NCBI GenBank assembly: GCA_021161425.1
Contig: JAGHAQ010000093.1
Coordinates: 1 to 62,858 of the forward strand
DNA from: Candidatus Tharpella sp.
Lineage (GTDB): Bacteria; Desulfobacterota; Anaeroferrophillalia; Anaeroferrophillales; Tharpellaceae
DNA: 62,858 nt
Direction of reading: 5' to 3'
Made by a program: the position numbers and the translations under genes
Shown: positions 19,880 through 28,982 of the stretch, one piece after another
Position numbering within the stretch: the stretch's first letter is position 1
Layout of the letters: each line of letters starts with the position of its first letter
Notes under the pieces: model-generated
Told to the model about the DNA's origin: nothing
The model's database searches: none
Seen by the model: the letters and a program-made list of their open reading frames with translations, nothing else

Positions 19880-20691
19880 CCCTCTCCACACTTACCATGA
19901 CAGCCAAACAACGACTCTCTCTGCCACATCTTTTCCCCGATCATATTTTGCAACTGCTTGAGAGTAAAGAGCGAGCCTTAAAGTTGGCTTTATGCCTATC
20001 GTTAACATTACATCTACTCATGCTTCTGCCATCACCCATCTTCAAGCCTCGGCCAGCACTTGAAACCGGCAACCTGATGGAGGTCAAATTGGTCGCCCCG
20101 AAGCCCCTGCCGCGCAACCAACCGAAACCACCGTTGCCAACCGCCAAACCGAACTTTAAAAGAAAGGTTAAAACCAAGATCAACAAAAAACCGGCAGCCT
20201 TAAAAAAACAAAAAACCGTCATCAAGGAGTCGCCTCTGGCTAAACGCCGCAGCGTTCCCAAGAAAAAACCGACCCCAACCAGCGATAAAATAAGCGAGAT
20301 TAAGAAAAGACTGGCCCGGCAGCAGGAGGAACAAAAACTCGACGATATCCGTCAGCGTCTCAGACAGGAGTCCTCACCCGCCGCCCGAGCCCGGCAGGTA
20401 AGTCTGACCCATATCTACCGGGATCAGCTTAAGGCTTGGCTGATGCGTAGCTGGCACCTGCCGGAACACCTTCTTAACAGCGGCCTTGTATCAACCATAA
20501 GTCTGACTATCGACGCCTCCGGCAAGCTGCTCATACAGAGTGAAGAGAAGTTATCAGGCAATCCGATATTCGACCATGCCATGCGCCAGGCCGTCATTAA
20601 TGCGAATCCGTTTCCACCCTTTCCGACAGAGCTCAATATTCCTCAGGAAGAGTTTGTCATCACCTTTGACCCCAACAATCTGAAACCGTGA
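19876..20691 (+). CDS. TolA/TonB-family energy-transducer-like protein
   Basis: One TM segment, a Pro/Lys-rich spacer (PKPLPRNQPKPPLPTAKP...KKKPTPT), a charged coiled-coil stretch and a TonB-C-like end (PFPPFPTELNIPQEEFVITFDP). ATGA overlap with ispDF. It occupies the tolA position upstream of tolB. Confidence 0.75.
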   Translation: MTLSTLTMTAKQRLSLPHLFPDHILQLLESKERALKLALCLSLTLHLLMLLPSPIFKPRPALETGNLMEVKLVAPKPLPRNQPKPPLPTAKPNFKRKVKTKINKKPAALKKQKTVIKESPLAKRRSVPKKKPTPTSDKISEIKKRLARQQEEQKLDDIRQRLRQESSPAARARQVSLTHIYRDQLKAWLMRSWHLPEHLLNSGLVSTISLTIDASGKLLIQSEEKLSGNPIFDHAMRQAVINANPFPPFPTELNIPQEEFVITFDPNNLKP

Positions 20692-20795
20692 TTGCTTTAT
20701 AAAACATTTATGCAGTAGTTTAAAACCCTTACAATTATTTACTTGACCATAATACTTAAAACTTCATTTAAAAACAGCTACAGGACACAAATACA

Positions 20796-22163
20796 ATGTT
20801 ATCAATCACAAAAAACATTAAACTTTCATCACCGAATACGATCATAACAACTCTCGTTCTGGTTCTTCTTATTGTATGCGCTACGACCGGGTTACCCTCA
20901 CAACTTGAGGCCCGGGTCTACCTGGAACTAGACTCCCCCAACCTGCGCCGAATCCCGCTGGCTGTGGCCCCCTTACAACCTTTATACGGCTACCGAGAAA
21001 ATGCTGAGAGTGCTCTTTTAGGCCGTAAAATCCTGGTTGATGACCTCGAATTTTCAACCTTTTTCGAGCTTCTTGATGACACTTCGAGTTACCTCGAAAA
21101 ACCGAAAAGTTACAATCTCTCACAAGAAAGTTTCGATTTCCGCAACTGGTCATTAATCGGCGCTGAACTGCTGATCAAGGCGGGCTATTCATTAAACGGT
21201 GAAAAGCTGGTCGTTGAATTCCGCCTCTATGACACCTTGGCCGGGAAAATGATAGTTGGCAAGCGCTACCGTGGGCGGACCAAAAATATCCGCCTTCTAT
21301 TCCATAAATTTGCCAATCAGGTGGTCGAAAGCATTACCGGGCTACCGGGTGAATTCACCTCTAAAATAGCCTTTTGCGGACGCCACAAAAACGAGCCCGC
21401 CCAAGAGTTGTACAGCTCCGATTACGATGGCCACGAACGCAGACAGATTACCCGAAACAAATCTATCAACATCTCGCCGGCTTGGTCCCAAGATGCCAAC
21501 AAGCTGGTTTTCACCTCATATCGACGCGACAACCCCGACCTCTACCTGATCGACTTTATGAAAGGTAAAGAGTACCGCCTGACCAATCGCAAGGGAATCA
21601 ATGCGGCCGCCGCCTGGTCGGCTGACAACCGCCACCTGACCCTCATGCAACGCTATGAAAATCATAGTGAAATCACCATCATCAAAGCCGGTTCAGGGGA
21701 GACTGTACAACGCTTAACCAAAAGCAGCGCCAACCAGGCTTCCCCCTGCTGGTCTCCAGACAACAACGAAATCGCTTTTGTCTCCGACCGTAGCGGCACC
21801 CCCCAAATCTATATCACTGCAGCTCAAGGAGGACACTGGCGGCGACTGACCAGAAAAGAAAACTACAACGCCAACCCGGACTGGTCAGCCCACAACGACA
21901 AGATAGTTTTCACCTCGAAAATAGATGGCATTTTCCAGATCTGCACGATAAATCCGGATGGCACAAGTCTCCGACAACAAACCTATGCTCGCTCAAATTG
22001 CGAAACCCCCTGCTGGTCTCCCAATGGCCGCCATATTCTCTTTACAAAAAAAATCAACGGCATCCAACAACTTCTGGTAATGGATAACAAAGGGCGCAAC
22101 CTCAAGCAATTAACCTTTGACAAAATGGATAAAAAGAGTCCCAACTGGTCTGCCAATCGCTGA
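20796..22163 (+). CDS. tolB: Tol-Pal system beta-propeller protein TolB
   Basis: 455 aa with a signal sequence, a TolB N-domain and repeated propeller motifs (SPAWSQD, AAWSAD, SPCWSPD, NPDWSAH, TPCWSPN). Confidence 0.93.
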   Translation: MLSITKNIKLSSPNTIITTLVLVLLIVCATTGLPSQLEARVYLELDSPNLRRIPLAVAPLQPLYGYRENAESALLGRKILVDDLEFSTFFELLDDTSSYLEKPKSYNLSQESFDFRNWSLIGAELLIKAGYSLNGEKLVVEFRLYDTLAGKMIVGKRYRGRTKNIRLLFHKFANQVVESITGLPGEFTSKIAFCGRHKNEPAQELYSSDYDGHERRQITRNKSINISPAWSQDANKLVFTSYRRDNPDLYLIDFMKGKEYRLTNRKGINAAAAWSADNRHLTLMQRYENHSEITIIKAGSGETVQRLTKSSANQASPCWSPDNNEIAFVSDRSGTPQIYITAAQGGHWRRLTRKENYNANPDWSAHNDKIVFTSKIDGIFQICTINPDGTSLRQQTYARSNCETPCWSPNGRHILFTKKINGIQQLLVMDNKGRNLKQLTFDKMDKKSPNWSANR

Positions 22164-22352
22164 TTTTTTCAGCACCTGCAATTGACAAGAGGTTACCCTT
22201 AAAATAAAACCGCGCTTCCTGCACCCCGGCAGGAACCCATAGAAGGTTCTTAAATATTTGTTATTAGCTTGATTTTTTATGTCAAAGGAGTTATGAAACG
22301 ATATCAGACAACGTTTTAGATTGTATTAAAGATGTTATCACATTTTAATTAA

Positions 22353-22362
22353 CCCCCCCCCC
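22353..22362 (+). repeat. Homopolymeric C10 tract, 27 nt upstream of the pal start codon
   Basis: Counted directly: ten consecutive C, followed by tcagcaatttaaaAAGGAGcccctcaATG. Confidence 0.95.
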
Positions 22363-22388
22363 TCAGCAATTTAAAAAGGAGCCCCTCA

Positions 22389-22946
22389 ATGAAAGCGGCA
22401 AAAGTAATTCTGGCATTGGCCCTCGTAGCAAGTTTGATGTTTACATTTACCAGCTGTACCTGTAAACCCGGCGATATAGAAGAGGAGAAAATCTCCCAAC
22501 CAACAACCATGAGTACGCCATCAGCGATCTCGCAACAATCGGAGATTGTCAAACCGGCAGTGGTCACCGCCTCAGTTCTTACGGTTGGCAATCGCACAGT
22601 CGACATTGGTGATAAAATCTATCCGATCTATTTTGACTTCGACAAATCAGAGTTACTAAACGACTCCCGTGAAACCTTAAGTAAACTGGCACAATGGATG
22701 AAAAACAACCCCTCCGTCGACATCCGCATCGAAGGTAACTGCGATGAACGAGGATCCAATGAATACAACCTGGCTTTGGGTGAAAACCGGGCTGCCAGTG
22801 CCAAGAAATACTTGGTCTACTTGAGCATTTCGCCAGAACGCCTGGAACCCATGAGTTACGGCGAAGAAAAACCCTCCTGTAGCGAATCGACAGAAAGTTG
22901 CTGGAGTAAAAACCGGCGTGACGACTTCACGATCACCAGCAAATAA
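22389..22946 (+). CDS. pal: Peptidoglycan-associated lipoprotein Pal (OmpA-like domain)
   Basis: Signal peptide ending ...FTFTSC, then an OmpA_C motif set: IYFDFDKSEL, IEGNCDERGSNEYNLALGENRA, YGEEKP. Confidence 0.93.
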   Translation: MKAAKVILALALVASLMFTFTSCTCKPGDIEEEKISQPTTMSTPSAISQQSEIVKPAVVTASVLTVGNRTVDIGDKIYPIYFDFDKSELLNDSRETLSKLAQWMKNNPSVDIRIEGNCDERGSNEYNLALGENRAASAKKYLVYLSISPERLEPMSYGEEKPSCSESTESCWSKNRRDDFTITSK

Positions 22947-23026
22947 CAATCTAACCAGTTATTATATAATTAAAGGTATAGCCAAAGCCATATAGAATCC
23001 CTATGTGAAGTGCAAAAAAAACTATT

Positions 23027-23096
23027 CGCAGATTACGCAGACAAACGTAGATAAAGACCTCTGTTTTTCACTCTGCGCGAATCTGTGTAATCTGCG
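23027..23096 (+). repeat. 15-bp inverted repeat (repeat family B) in the pal-ybgF spacer
   Basis: CGCAGATTACGCAGA (23027-23041) and TCTGTGTAATCTGCG (23082-23096) pair at 15/15 positions with one G-T, leaving a 40-nt loop. The 12-mer TCTGCGTAATCT recurs at 29052-29063. Confidence 0.75.
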
Positions 23097-23142
23097 GATA
23101 ACAGATTCCAACAGTAAATCGAGTTATTTGGGGTTGATTAAC

Positions 23143-23958
23143 ATGACAACGAACAACTGGCTCACCATAATATTAACCACCACCCTTCTGGCCATAGGTT
23201 CAGGATGCATCAGTAGCGGCCAACTACAGGAACAACAATCCACCTACAAACGTTTGAATGCTGTTGAACAACAGCTTGCCACATTGAGCCGCAAAAGCAT
23301 AAATTCCCAACAAAAACTCAACGCTGACACCAACATCCGTCTAGACAATCTGGAAAGAGAGCTGAAATTATTAAGCGAAGCCGTGGAAGACAACCTCGCC
23401 CGTCCCGAAGAGATTAAGACAACCGATAAGTTTGAGTTTGAGTCAACCATTGCACGCCTGGAAAAGCGCCTGCAGAAACTTGAAAATAGTCCACTTGCAA
23501 CCAGTGCTCCCGAAGTCAAGACGAAACCCTCTCCATCGCTACCCCCTCTCTCCCAAACAACCGTTGCGCCTCCTTTACCAGGGGCCCGTGAGAAAGCTCT
23601 CTACGATGATGCCCTGGCCACCTTCAAACGCGGCAACATCAAAACCGCAAAAGAAAAATTCAAAAAATTTATCGTCGTCTTTCCTGACAGTACTTACAAG
23701 GTAAACGCTGCCTTCTGGGTTGGTGAATGTTTTTACAAAGCAAAGGATTACGCTGAAGCGATCATTAAATACGATGAAATTATTGCCAGCCATCCGCTAC
23801 ACCCTAAAGCTGCCAGCGCTTTACTGAAACAGGGCTTTGCGTTCCTCCAGCTCGGGGATGCAACTGATGGAAAATTGATTCTGAAAAAAGTTATCGCCAA
23901 CTACCCAGAAAGTGACCAGGCCGAGATTGCCCGACGTAAACTAAAAAGCACCAACTAA
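23143..23958 (+). CDS. ybgF: Tol-Pal system protein YbgF/CpoB (coiled coil + TPR)
   Basis: Starts at the ATG at 23143 (MTTNNWLTIILTTTLLAIGSGC signal/lipobox). Contains a coiled-coil region and C-terminal TPR repeats (YDDALATFKRGN..., AAFWVGECFYKAKDY..., ALLKQGFAFLQLGD). The ORF-track extension from 23005 covers the repeat region. Confidence 0.88.
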   Translation: MTTNNWLTIILTTTLLAIGSGCISSGQLQEQQSTYKRLNAVEQQLATLSRKSINSQQKLNADTNIRLDNLERELKLLSEAVEDNLARPEEIKTTDKFEFESTIARLEKRLQKLENSPLATSAPEVKTKPSPSLPPLSQTTVAPPLPGAREKALYDDALATFKRGNIKTAKEKFKKFIVVFPDSTYKVNAAFWVGECFYKAKDYAEAIIKYDEIIASHPLHPKAASALLKQGFAFLQLGDATDGKLILKKVIANYPESDQAEIARRKLKSTN

Positions 23959-23979
23959 TCACAGGCTCAAACATGATAC

Positions 23980-23995
23980 TGGCACGATAAATGCT
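23980..23995 (+). promoter_or_regulatory. Candidate sigma54 (-24/-12) promoter upstream of pilM
   Basis: TGGCACGATAAATGCT matches the consensus TGGCACG-N4-TTGCW at every conserved position except one (A for T before GC). It lies 107 nt upstream of the pilM ATG. Confidence 0.45.
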
Positions 23996-24101
23996 GGTTA
24001 AATTATCACATTCCCGGAGTGACAATCTCACGATTAAATATTAAGAGGAGTTGCTCCACTGATTACTTAACGGTAATTAACCTCTTGCAATTAAAACAAA
24101 T

Positions 24102-25172
24102 ATGTTATTCAGTAAGAACAAAACCCTGCTCGGCCTTAATATCGGCTCCGGCTACGTTAAAATAGTAGAGCTCAAGGATTCGGGTTCAGTTTACACTTTA
24201 AGCAATTTCGGTATGGCTGCCCTACCGGTTGATGCTATTGTTGATGGCACTGTTATGGACACCGGCGCTATCATCAACGCAATTATCAATCTTACCGCCA
24301 ACCTAAAAATAAAAAAGAAACGGATCTGTACATCTATCTCCGGACACTCCGTTATTATAAAACAAATCACCCTTCCTTTAATGGATGAAAACACGATAGA
24401 GCAGAGCATCCACCAAGAAGCGACCCAACACATCCCCTACGACATCAATGATGTCAATCTCGACTTCCAGATTTTAGGTCCCAACCAAGCTAATTCTGAG
24501 AATATGGACGTTATCTTAGTCGCCGTCAAAAAAGAGACCATCAACGACTATCTGCTGCTGGTGGAAGAGGCCGGATTTATCCCGGTGGTGGTAGATGTCG
24601 ACACCTTTGCCTTGGAAAACTCTTATGAGTACAACTATGAAAAAGAAGGGGACAAAATTGTCGCCCTGGTTGATATCGGTGCCAATCTTACCTGTATCAA
24701 CATCCTGAATGAGGGCGTTACCTGTTTCTCTCGCAACATTACATCAGGAAGCCGTCTTGTCACCGAACAGTTACAAAAGAAATTCTCCTTAAACTATGAA
24801 AATGCCGAGCTGCTCAAACTGGGCTGTCCAGACATCTGTAAAGCAGACGGAGAAACTGTACTTTCAACAATTAACGAGGCCGCCTTTTCGATTGTCAACG
24901 AAATCACTAAGGCGATAGAGTTCTTTCACACCTCAACCATGACCGAGGGTCGAGTTGAAAATATCATCCTCAGTGGCGGAGGTGCTAAAACTCCCAATAT
25001 TACCCAATTGATAACCAAAAACACCGGCATCGAAACCGAAATCATCGATCCGTTCCGCAATATAATTATACCGGAAAAACATTTCGACCTTGACTATATT
25101 CAGAGTATCGCCCCGCTGGCAGCAGTTGCTACAGGACTGGCCCTGCGCAAAGATGAGGTCGTACGCAAATGA
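24102..25172 (+). CDS. pilM: Type IV pilus assembly ATPase-fold protein PilM
   Basis: 356 aa, actin-like fold. Contains GLNIGSGYVKIVEL, VVDVDTFALEN and ILSGGGAK. Confidence 0.93.
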   Translation: MLFSKNKTLLGLNIGSGYVKIVELKDSGSVYTLSNFGMAALPVDAIVDGTVMDTGAIINAIINLTANLKIKKKRICTSISGHSVIIKQITLPLMDENTIEQSIHQEATQHIPYDINDVNLDFQILGPNQANSENMDVILVAVKKETINDYLLLVEEAGFIPVVVDVDTFALENSYEYNYEKEGDKIVALVDIGANLTCINILNEGVTCFSRNITSGSRLVTEQLQKKFSLNYENAELLKLGCPDICKADGETVLSTINEAAFSIVNEITKAIEFFHTSTMTEGRVENIILSGGGAKTPNITQLITKNTGIETEIIDPFRNIIIPEKHFDLDYIQSIAPLAAVATGLALRKDEVVRK

Positions 25173-25768
25173 TCCAGATCAATCTACTTCCAGTCAGAGC
25201 TGAACGGCGAAAGGAGTTCATCCGAAAGCAGCTTTCAATTGCGGCTCTGACCATGTTTTTTACAATTGCCGTTATGGGCCTCTTCTTTTACAAAATCCAG
25301 GCCCATTATAACAAGACAAAAAGCACGCTGGAACGAACCAACAAACAGATCAAACAGCTGGAACCAATAATTAAAAAAATTGAGCAGTACAAAAAACAGA
25401 AGGATGAGGTCAGTAAAAAGATCGCTGTCATTATCGACCTTGACCGCTACCGCCTGGCTCCGGTTGTCACACTCTCGGATCTTAACCGCCTGAGACCGGA
25501 AAAGCTCTGGTTTACCAGTCTCATGGAAAAAGGCCAACATCTAACCATCAGCGGGGTAGCCGTTGACAATGAAACGATCGTCAATTTCCTCAACAATCTC
25601 AAGCAGTCGACTACACTTAAAAAAGCTGACTTAATCTTGTTACGCTCTCAGACAATACAGGAGCTTCAATTAAAAGAGTTCACCATTAGCTGTCCTCTCG
25701 ACTTAACCTCTTTGCCAAAGCTATTAGAGACACCTGAAACAATTAGCAAGGAGGAACAAAATGGCTGA
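25169..25768 (+). CDS. pilN: Type IV pilus assembly protein PilN
   Basis: MIQINLLPVRAERRK, a single TM segment and a coiled coil. ATGA overlap with pilM. Confidence 0.9.
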   Translation: MIQINLLPVRAERRKEFIRKQLSIAALTMFFTIAVMGLFFYKIQAHYNKTKSTLERTNKQIKQLEPIIKKIEQYKKQKDEVSKKIAVIIDLDRYRLAPVVTLSDLNRLRPEKLWFTSLMEKGQHLTISGVAVDNETIVNFLNNLKQSTTLKKADLILLRSQTIQELQLKEFTISCPLDLTSLPKLLETPETISKEEQNG

Positions 25769-26369
25769 ACTTAAATTGAATTTCCTGCATAGCTACTCGC
25801 CTTTGAAAAGGGCTCTGTTGCTGTTGCTTATCATCGCTACCATTGCCGGTATTTTTACCTATTTCATCTATATGCCTAAGTTCAAAGAGGTCGAGAAACT
25901 CGAGAAAAAACTCAAACAAGCCCAGATAAAACTGCACCAGACCCAACAAATTGCGAGTCAGCTACCAAAATTTGAAGCTGAGATCGAAAAACTTAATCTT
26001 GCTTTAAAGAAAGCCCTGAATAAGCTGCCTGACAACAAGGAGATTCCGGCCCTACTTTTAAAAATCACCAAACTTGGTAAAGATTCCAAACTAACATTTA
26101 ACCTTTTCCAACCTTTGGCCAGCCGCAACCAGGATTTTTATGCTGAAGTACCGATCGATATAGAGGTTCAAGGCAGCTACCATGCGGTCGGACGGTTTTT
26201 CAATCAGATCTGTGCCATGCCCCGAATTGTCAACATTAATAACTACAACCTTAGTGACTATCAACTGGTTGAGGGTGAAGATCTCCTGAAAACCCGATTT
26301 CAGGCCGTCACATACACCTTTACCAATAAAAAAACTCCAGAAAAAAGCGGAAAGAAAAAGAAGCGATAA
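25761..26369 (+). CDS. pilO: Type IV pilus assembly protein PilO
   Basis: TM segment, coiled coil and a ferredoxin-like C-terminus (IPALLLKITKLG..., YHAVGRFFNQICAMPRIVNI). AAGGAGG RBS. Confidence 0.9.
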   Translation: MAELKLNFLHSYSPLKRALLLLLIIATIAGIFTYFIYMPKFKEVEKLEKKLKQAQIKLHQTQQIASQLPKFEAEIEKLNLALKKALNKLPDNKEIPALLLKITKLGKDSKLTFNLFQPLASRNQDFYAEVPIDIEVQGSYHAVGRFFNQICAMPRIVNINNYNLSDYQLVEGEDLLKTRFQAVTYTFTNKKTPEKSGKKKKR

Positions 26370-26373
26370 TCTG

Positions 26374-26931
26374 ATGATAAATTTTTCTCGTCCCAAAATT
26401 CTCGCCCTCCCGGCAATGATGGTTTTTTGCCTGCTACTGCTTATGCCGTTAAGCATTATAGCTGCAGAAAAAATCAACGGTCCGGACGCTGAAACTTTGA
26501 GCCCGGAAAAACTTGCCGCCTTGGATTACAAAAAAACACTTTTTAACTATGATTCATTGAACCGTAAGGATCCGTTCCACCCTTTTATCGATTTCTCCCA
26601 GATTGAACGTTCTATCCCCACTGATACCAGCCGCCCCCTGACACCACTGGAGAAATATGCTTTAAACCAGTTTCAACTGGTCGGTATCATCTTGGCTGGA
26701 GACATGTACAATTATGCTCTGGTCGAAGATCCGGAACATATCGGCTATACCGTCAGAGAAGGAGATAAAATCGGCAATCTGAACGGTCTCGTCAAAGAGA
26801 TAAAACGCAACGAAGTCATCATTGAAGAACCTTATCTAGATATCTTTGACAAACAACAAATGCGAACGATTTCGTTAAAACTGCGCGAGATGGAAGAAGA
26901 GAGCTACCTGATTCCCATGGGTGACAAATAA
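26374..26931 (+). CDS. pilP: Type IV pilus assembly protein PilP
   Basis: Signal sequence, RKDPFHPF motif and a beta-sandwich C-terminus (LVGIILAGDMYNYALVEDPEHIGYTVREGDKIG). Position between pilO and pilQ. Confidence 0.85.
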   Translation: MINFSRPKILALPAMMVFCLLLLMPLSIIAAEKINGPDAETLSPEKLAALDYKKTLFNYDSLNRKDPFHPFIDFSQIERSIPTDTSRPLTPLEKYALNQFQLVGIILAGDMYNYALVEDPEHIGYTVREGDKIGNLNGLVKEIKRNEVIIEEPYLDIFDKQQMRTISLKLREMEEESYLIPMGDK

Positions 26932-26937
26932 TCTCTG

Positions 26938-28710
26938 ATGGAGCTGAAAAAGATGAACAACATCCACAAAGTAAGCCGAAAGAAAAATACAGCCGCTCTT
27001 TTTATGGTCACAGCTTTATTGCTGACCTGTATTTTTCTCCCCTCATCATACGCGGAAAGCCCTGAGAAAATTATCTCTCTTAAAGCTGCGGTTTTGGATG
27101 ACACGGTTACTCTTCACTTTACGAGCTCCACGACAGAAAAAATTGACTATAATATTTTCACCATTGGCAGTCCCCCACGACTGGTAATCGATTTTCCTGA
27201 AGCCAGTTACGAAAGAACCAGCGTCAACCCGATCATTCAAAAGAGCGGCTATTTGCGCCTGCGAGCATTTAATTATGAAGACAAGGCCCGCATCGTCCTT
27301 GATACCGAATACGCTTTACTGCCCCCATTCACCCAGCAACCCCAAGGTCTGGATCTACTGGTCACTCTTGGCAAAGCCGCCCCTGGAAGTACAAAAACTA
27401 GCCTTATAAAGAACCGTAAAAAAACAAAAACAAGCGCCCGAGAGAGTCGGCCATCCAAGGGGCAGAACAAGCCGATTAGCGTCGATTTCAAAGGAACTGA
27501 CATTCAAAACATCTTCCGTTTTCTGGCGGAGATCAACCATCTCAATATCGTTATGGGGGACGACGTTAACGGCACAGTAACCTTGAGACTAAAAGAAGTT
27601 CCCTGGAAACAGGTCTTAAGTATCGTTTTGAAGACCCACCAGCTGGGCATGGAACGCGAAGGCAATGTTATCCGCATTGCCCCGATGGAAGTCTTTACCA
27701 ACGAACAACTGGCCCGGGAAGAGAAGAAACGAGCTCTAGCGGAGAGCAAAAAAACCGAGGAGGAGATTCAGGACACGGTTTTAAAGATTCTCAAGGTCAA
27801 CTTTGCCGACATCGAGGAAGTTGCGAATAAGATCGAGAGTGCAATTTTAAGCGGTCGCGGCACCGTTGAAACCGACCGTCGCACCAACTCCCTCATTATC
27901 AGCGACATTCCTGACCGCATTGTACAAGCTCAAGCCCTCTTGCGAGAGCTCGACGAACCGGTGCGTCAGGTTATGATTGAAGCCAAAATCGTAAAAGTTG
28001 AAAGAAGATCCGCCCGCGAAATTGGCGTTCAGTGGGGCGGTGCTTACGGCAAAACTACAAATGATCGATATTATGGTATCTCCGGTAATAACTCTCTCGG
28101 TAATACCGGCTTGGATCCGGTCAACCCGGATATTGATACTGCCAGCTCCTATGCTGTAAATTTACCGGCCACCGGGCTGACCAGCGGGATCGGTCTCATC
28201 TTCGGCAAGATCGACAAATACAACCTCAACCTCAAACTCTCAGCCATGCAAGGCAATGGAAATGCGCATATCCTCTCAACGCCAAAGGTTCTGGCCCTAA
28301 ATCAACACTCAGCCCGAATTGGCCAGGGCCAGGAGATCCCCTACCAGACAACTTCCCAGGACGGAACAACTACAGAATTCAAAAAAGCGGAATTAAGCCT
28401 AGAAGTAACACCAACGATTACAAACAACAACATGGTCTCAATGGAAGTTATTGTCAGCAAGGATTCAAAGGGAGAAAACACCCCTGACGGACCGGCAATC
28501 AACACCCAGACAATTACCACTTCACTCCTCCTGAGAGATGCTGAAACAGCGGTTGTCGGCGGCATCATCGAAAGCAGTAAAACCAAAAGTCACGACAGTG
28601 TACCGATCGCTGGTAAAATCCCGCTACTGGGCTGGCTCTTCAAACATAACTACAAAGACTCTGAGCAGACTGAACTGATGATTTTTATTACACCAACAAT
28701 CATAAAGTAA
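26938..28710 (+). CDS. pilQ: Type IV pilus secretin PilQ
   Basis: 590 aa. Has an AMIN-like N-domain, N0/N1 domains (ISVDFKGTDIQNIFRFLAEINHLNIVMG) and a secretin C-domain (NAHILSTPKVLALNQHSARIGQGQEIPY, IPLLGWLFKH). Confidence 0.94.
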   Translation: MELKKMNNIHKVSRKKNTAALFMVTALLLTCIFLPSSYAESPEKIISLKAAVLDDTVTLHFTSSTTEKIDYNIFTIGSPPRLVIDFPEASYERTSVNPIIQKSGYLRLRAFNYEDKARIVLDTEYALLPPFTQQPQGLDLLVTLGKAAPGSTKTSLIKNRKKTKTSARESRPSKGQNKPISVDFKGTDIQNIFRFLAEINHLNIVMGDDVNGTVTLRLKEVPWKQVLSIVLKTHQLGMEREGNVIRIAPMEVFTNEQLAREEKKRALAESKKTEEEIQDTVLKILKVNFADIEEVANKIESAILSGRGTVETDRRTNSLIISDIPDRIVQAQALLRELDEPVRQVMIEAKIVKVERRSAREIGVQWGGAYGKTTNDRYYGISGNNSLGNTGLDPVNPDIDTASSYAVNLPATGLTSGIGLIFGKIDKYNLNLKLSAMQGNGNAHILSTPKVLALNQHSARIGQGQEIPYQTTSQDGTTTEFKKAELSLEVTPTITNNNMVSMEVIVSKDSKGENTPDGPAINTQTITTSLLLRDAETAVVGGIIESSKTKSHDSVPIAGKIPLLGWLFKHNYKDSEQTELMIFITPTIIK

Positions 28711-28982
28711 GGATTTAGATCCTATTCTACTGACTAAACAATAGCTCACCTCCGATGAATATCCGAACCGGGAATGTCTGGCTTATGAGAAGCATGAATT
28801 TGTTGGTTGGAGTCGCCGCAAACACAATCTTATTGCAACCAACACCATAATGCGCTCCGAGCAATAATCAACTTGCAAACACATTATAATATCTGTGCAA
28901 GCAACATGATGGTCAACATTGAAACTTCCCAGCAGATAGAGGAATCGAGCTGCAACAACTTACATCACTGATCATTATAAAA

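Noticed and set aside
23005-23142. N-terminal extension of the ybgF ORF (start at GTG 23005)
   Set aside because: The extension covers the inverted-repeat spacer and is Cys/Asn-rich nonsense. The ATG at 23143 gives a proper signal peptide and lipobox.
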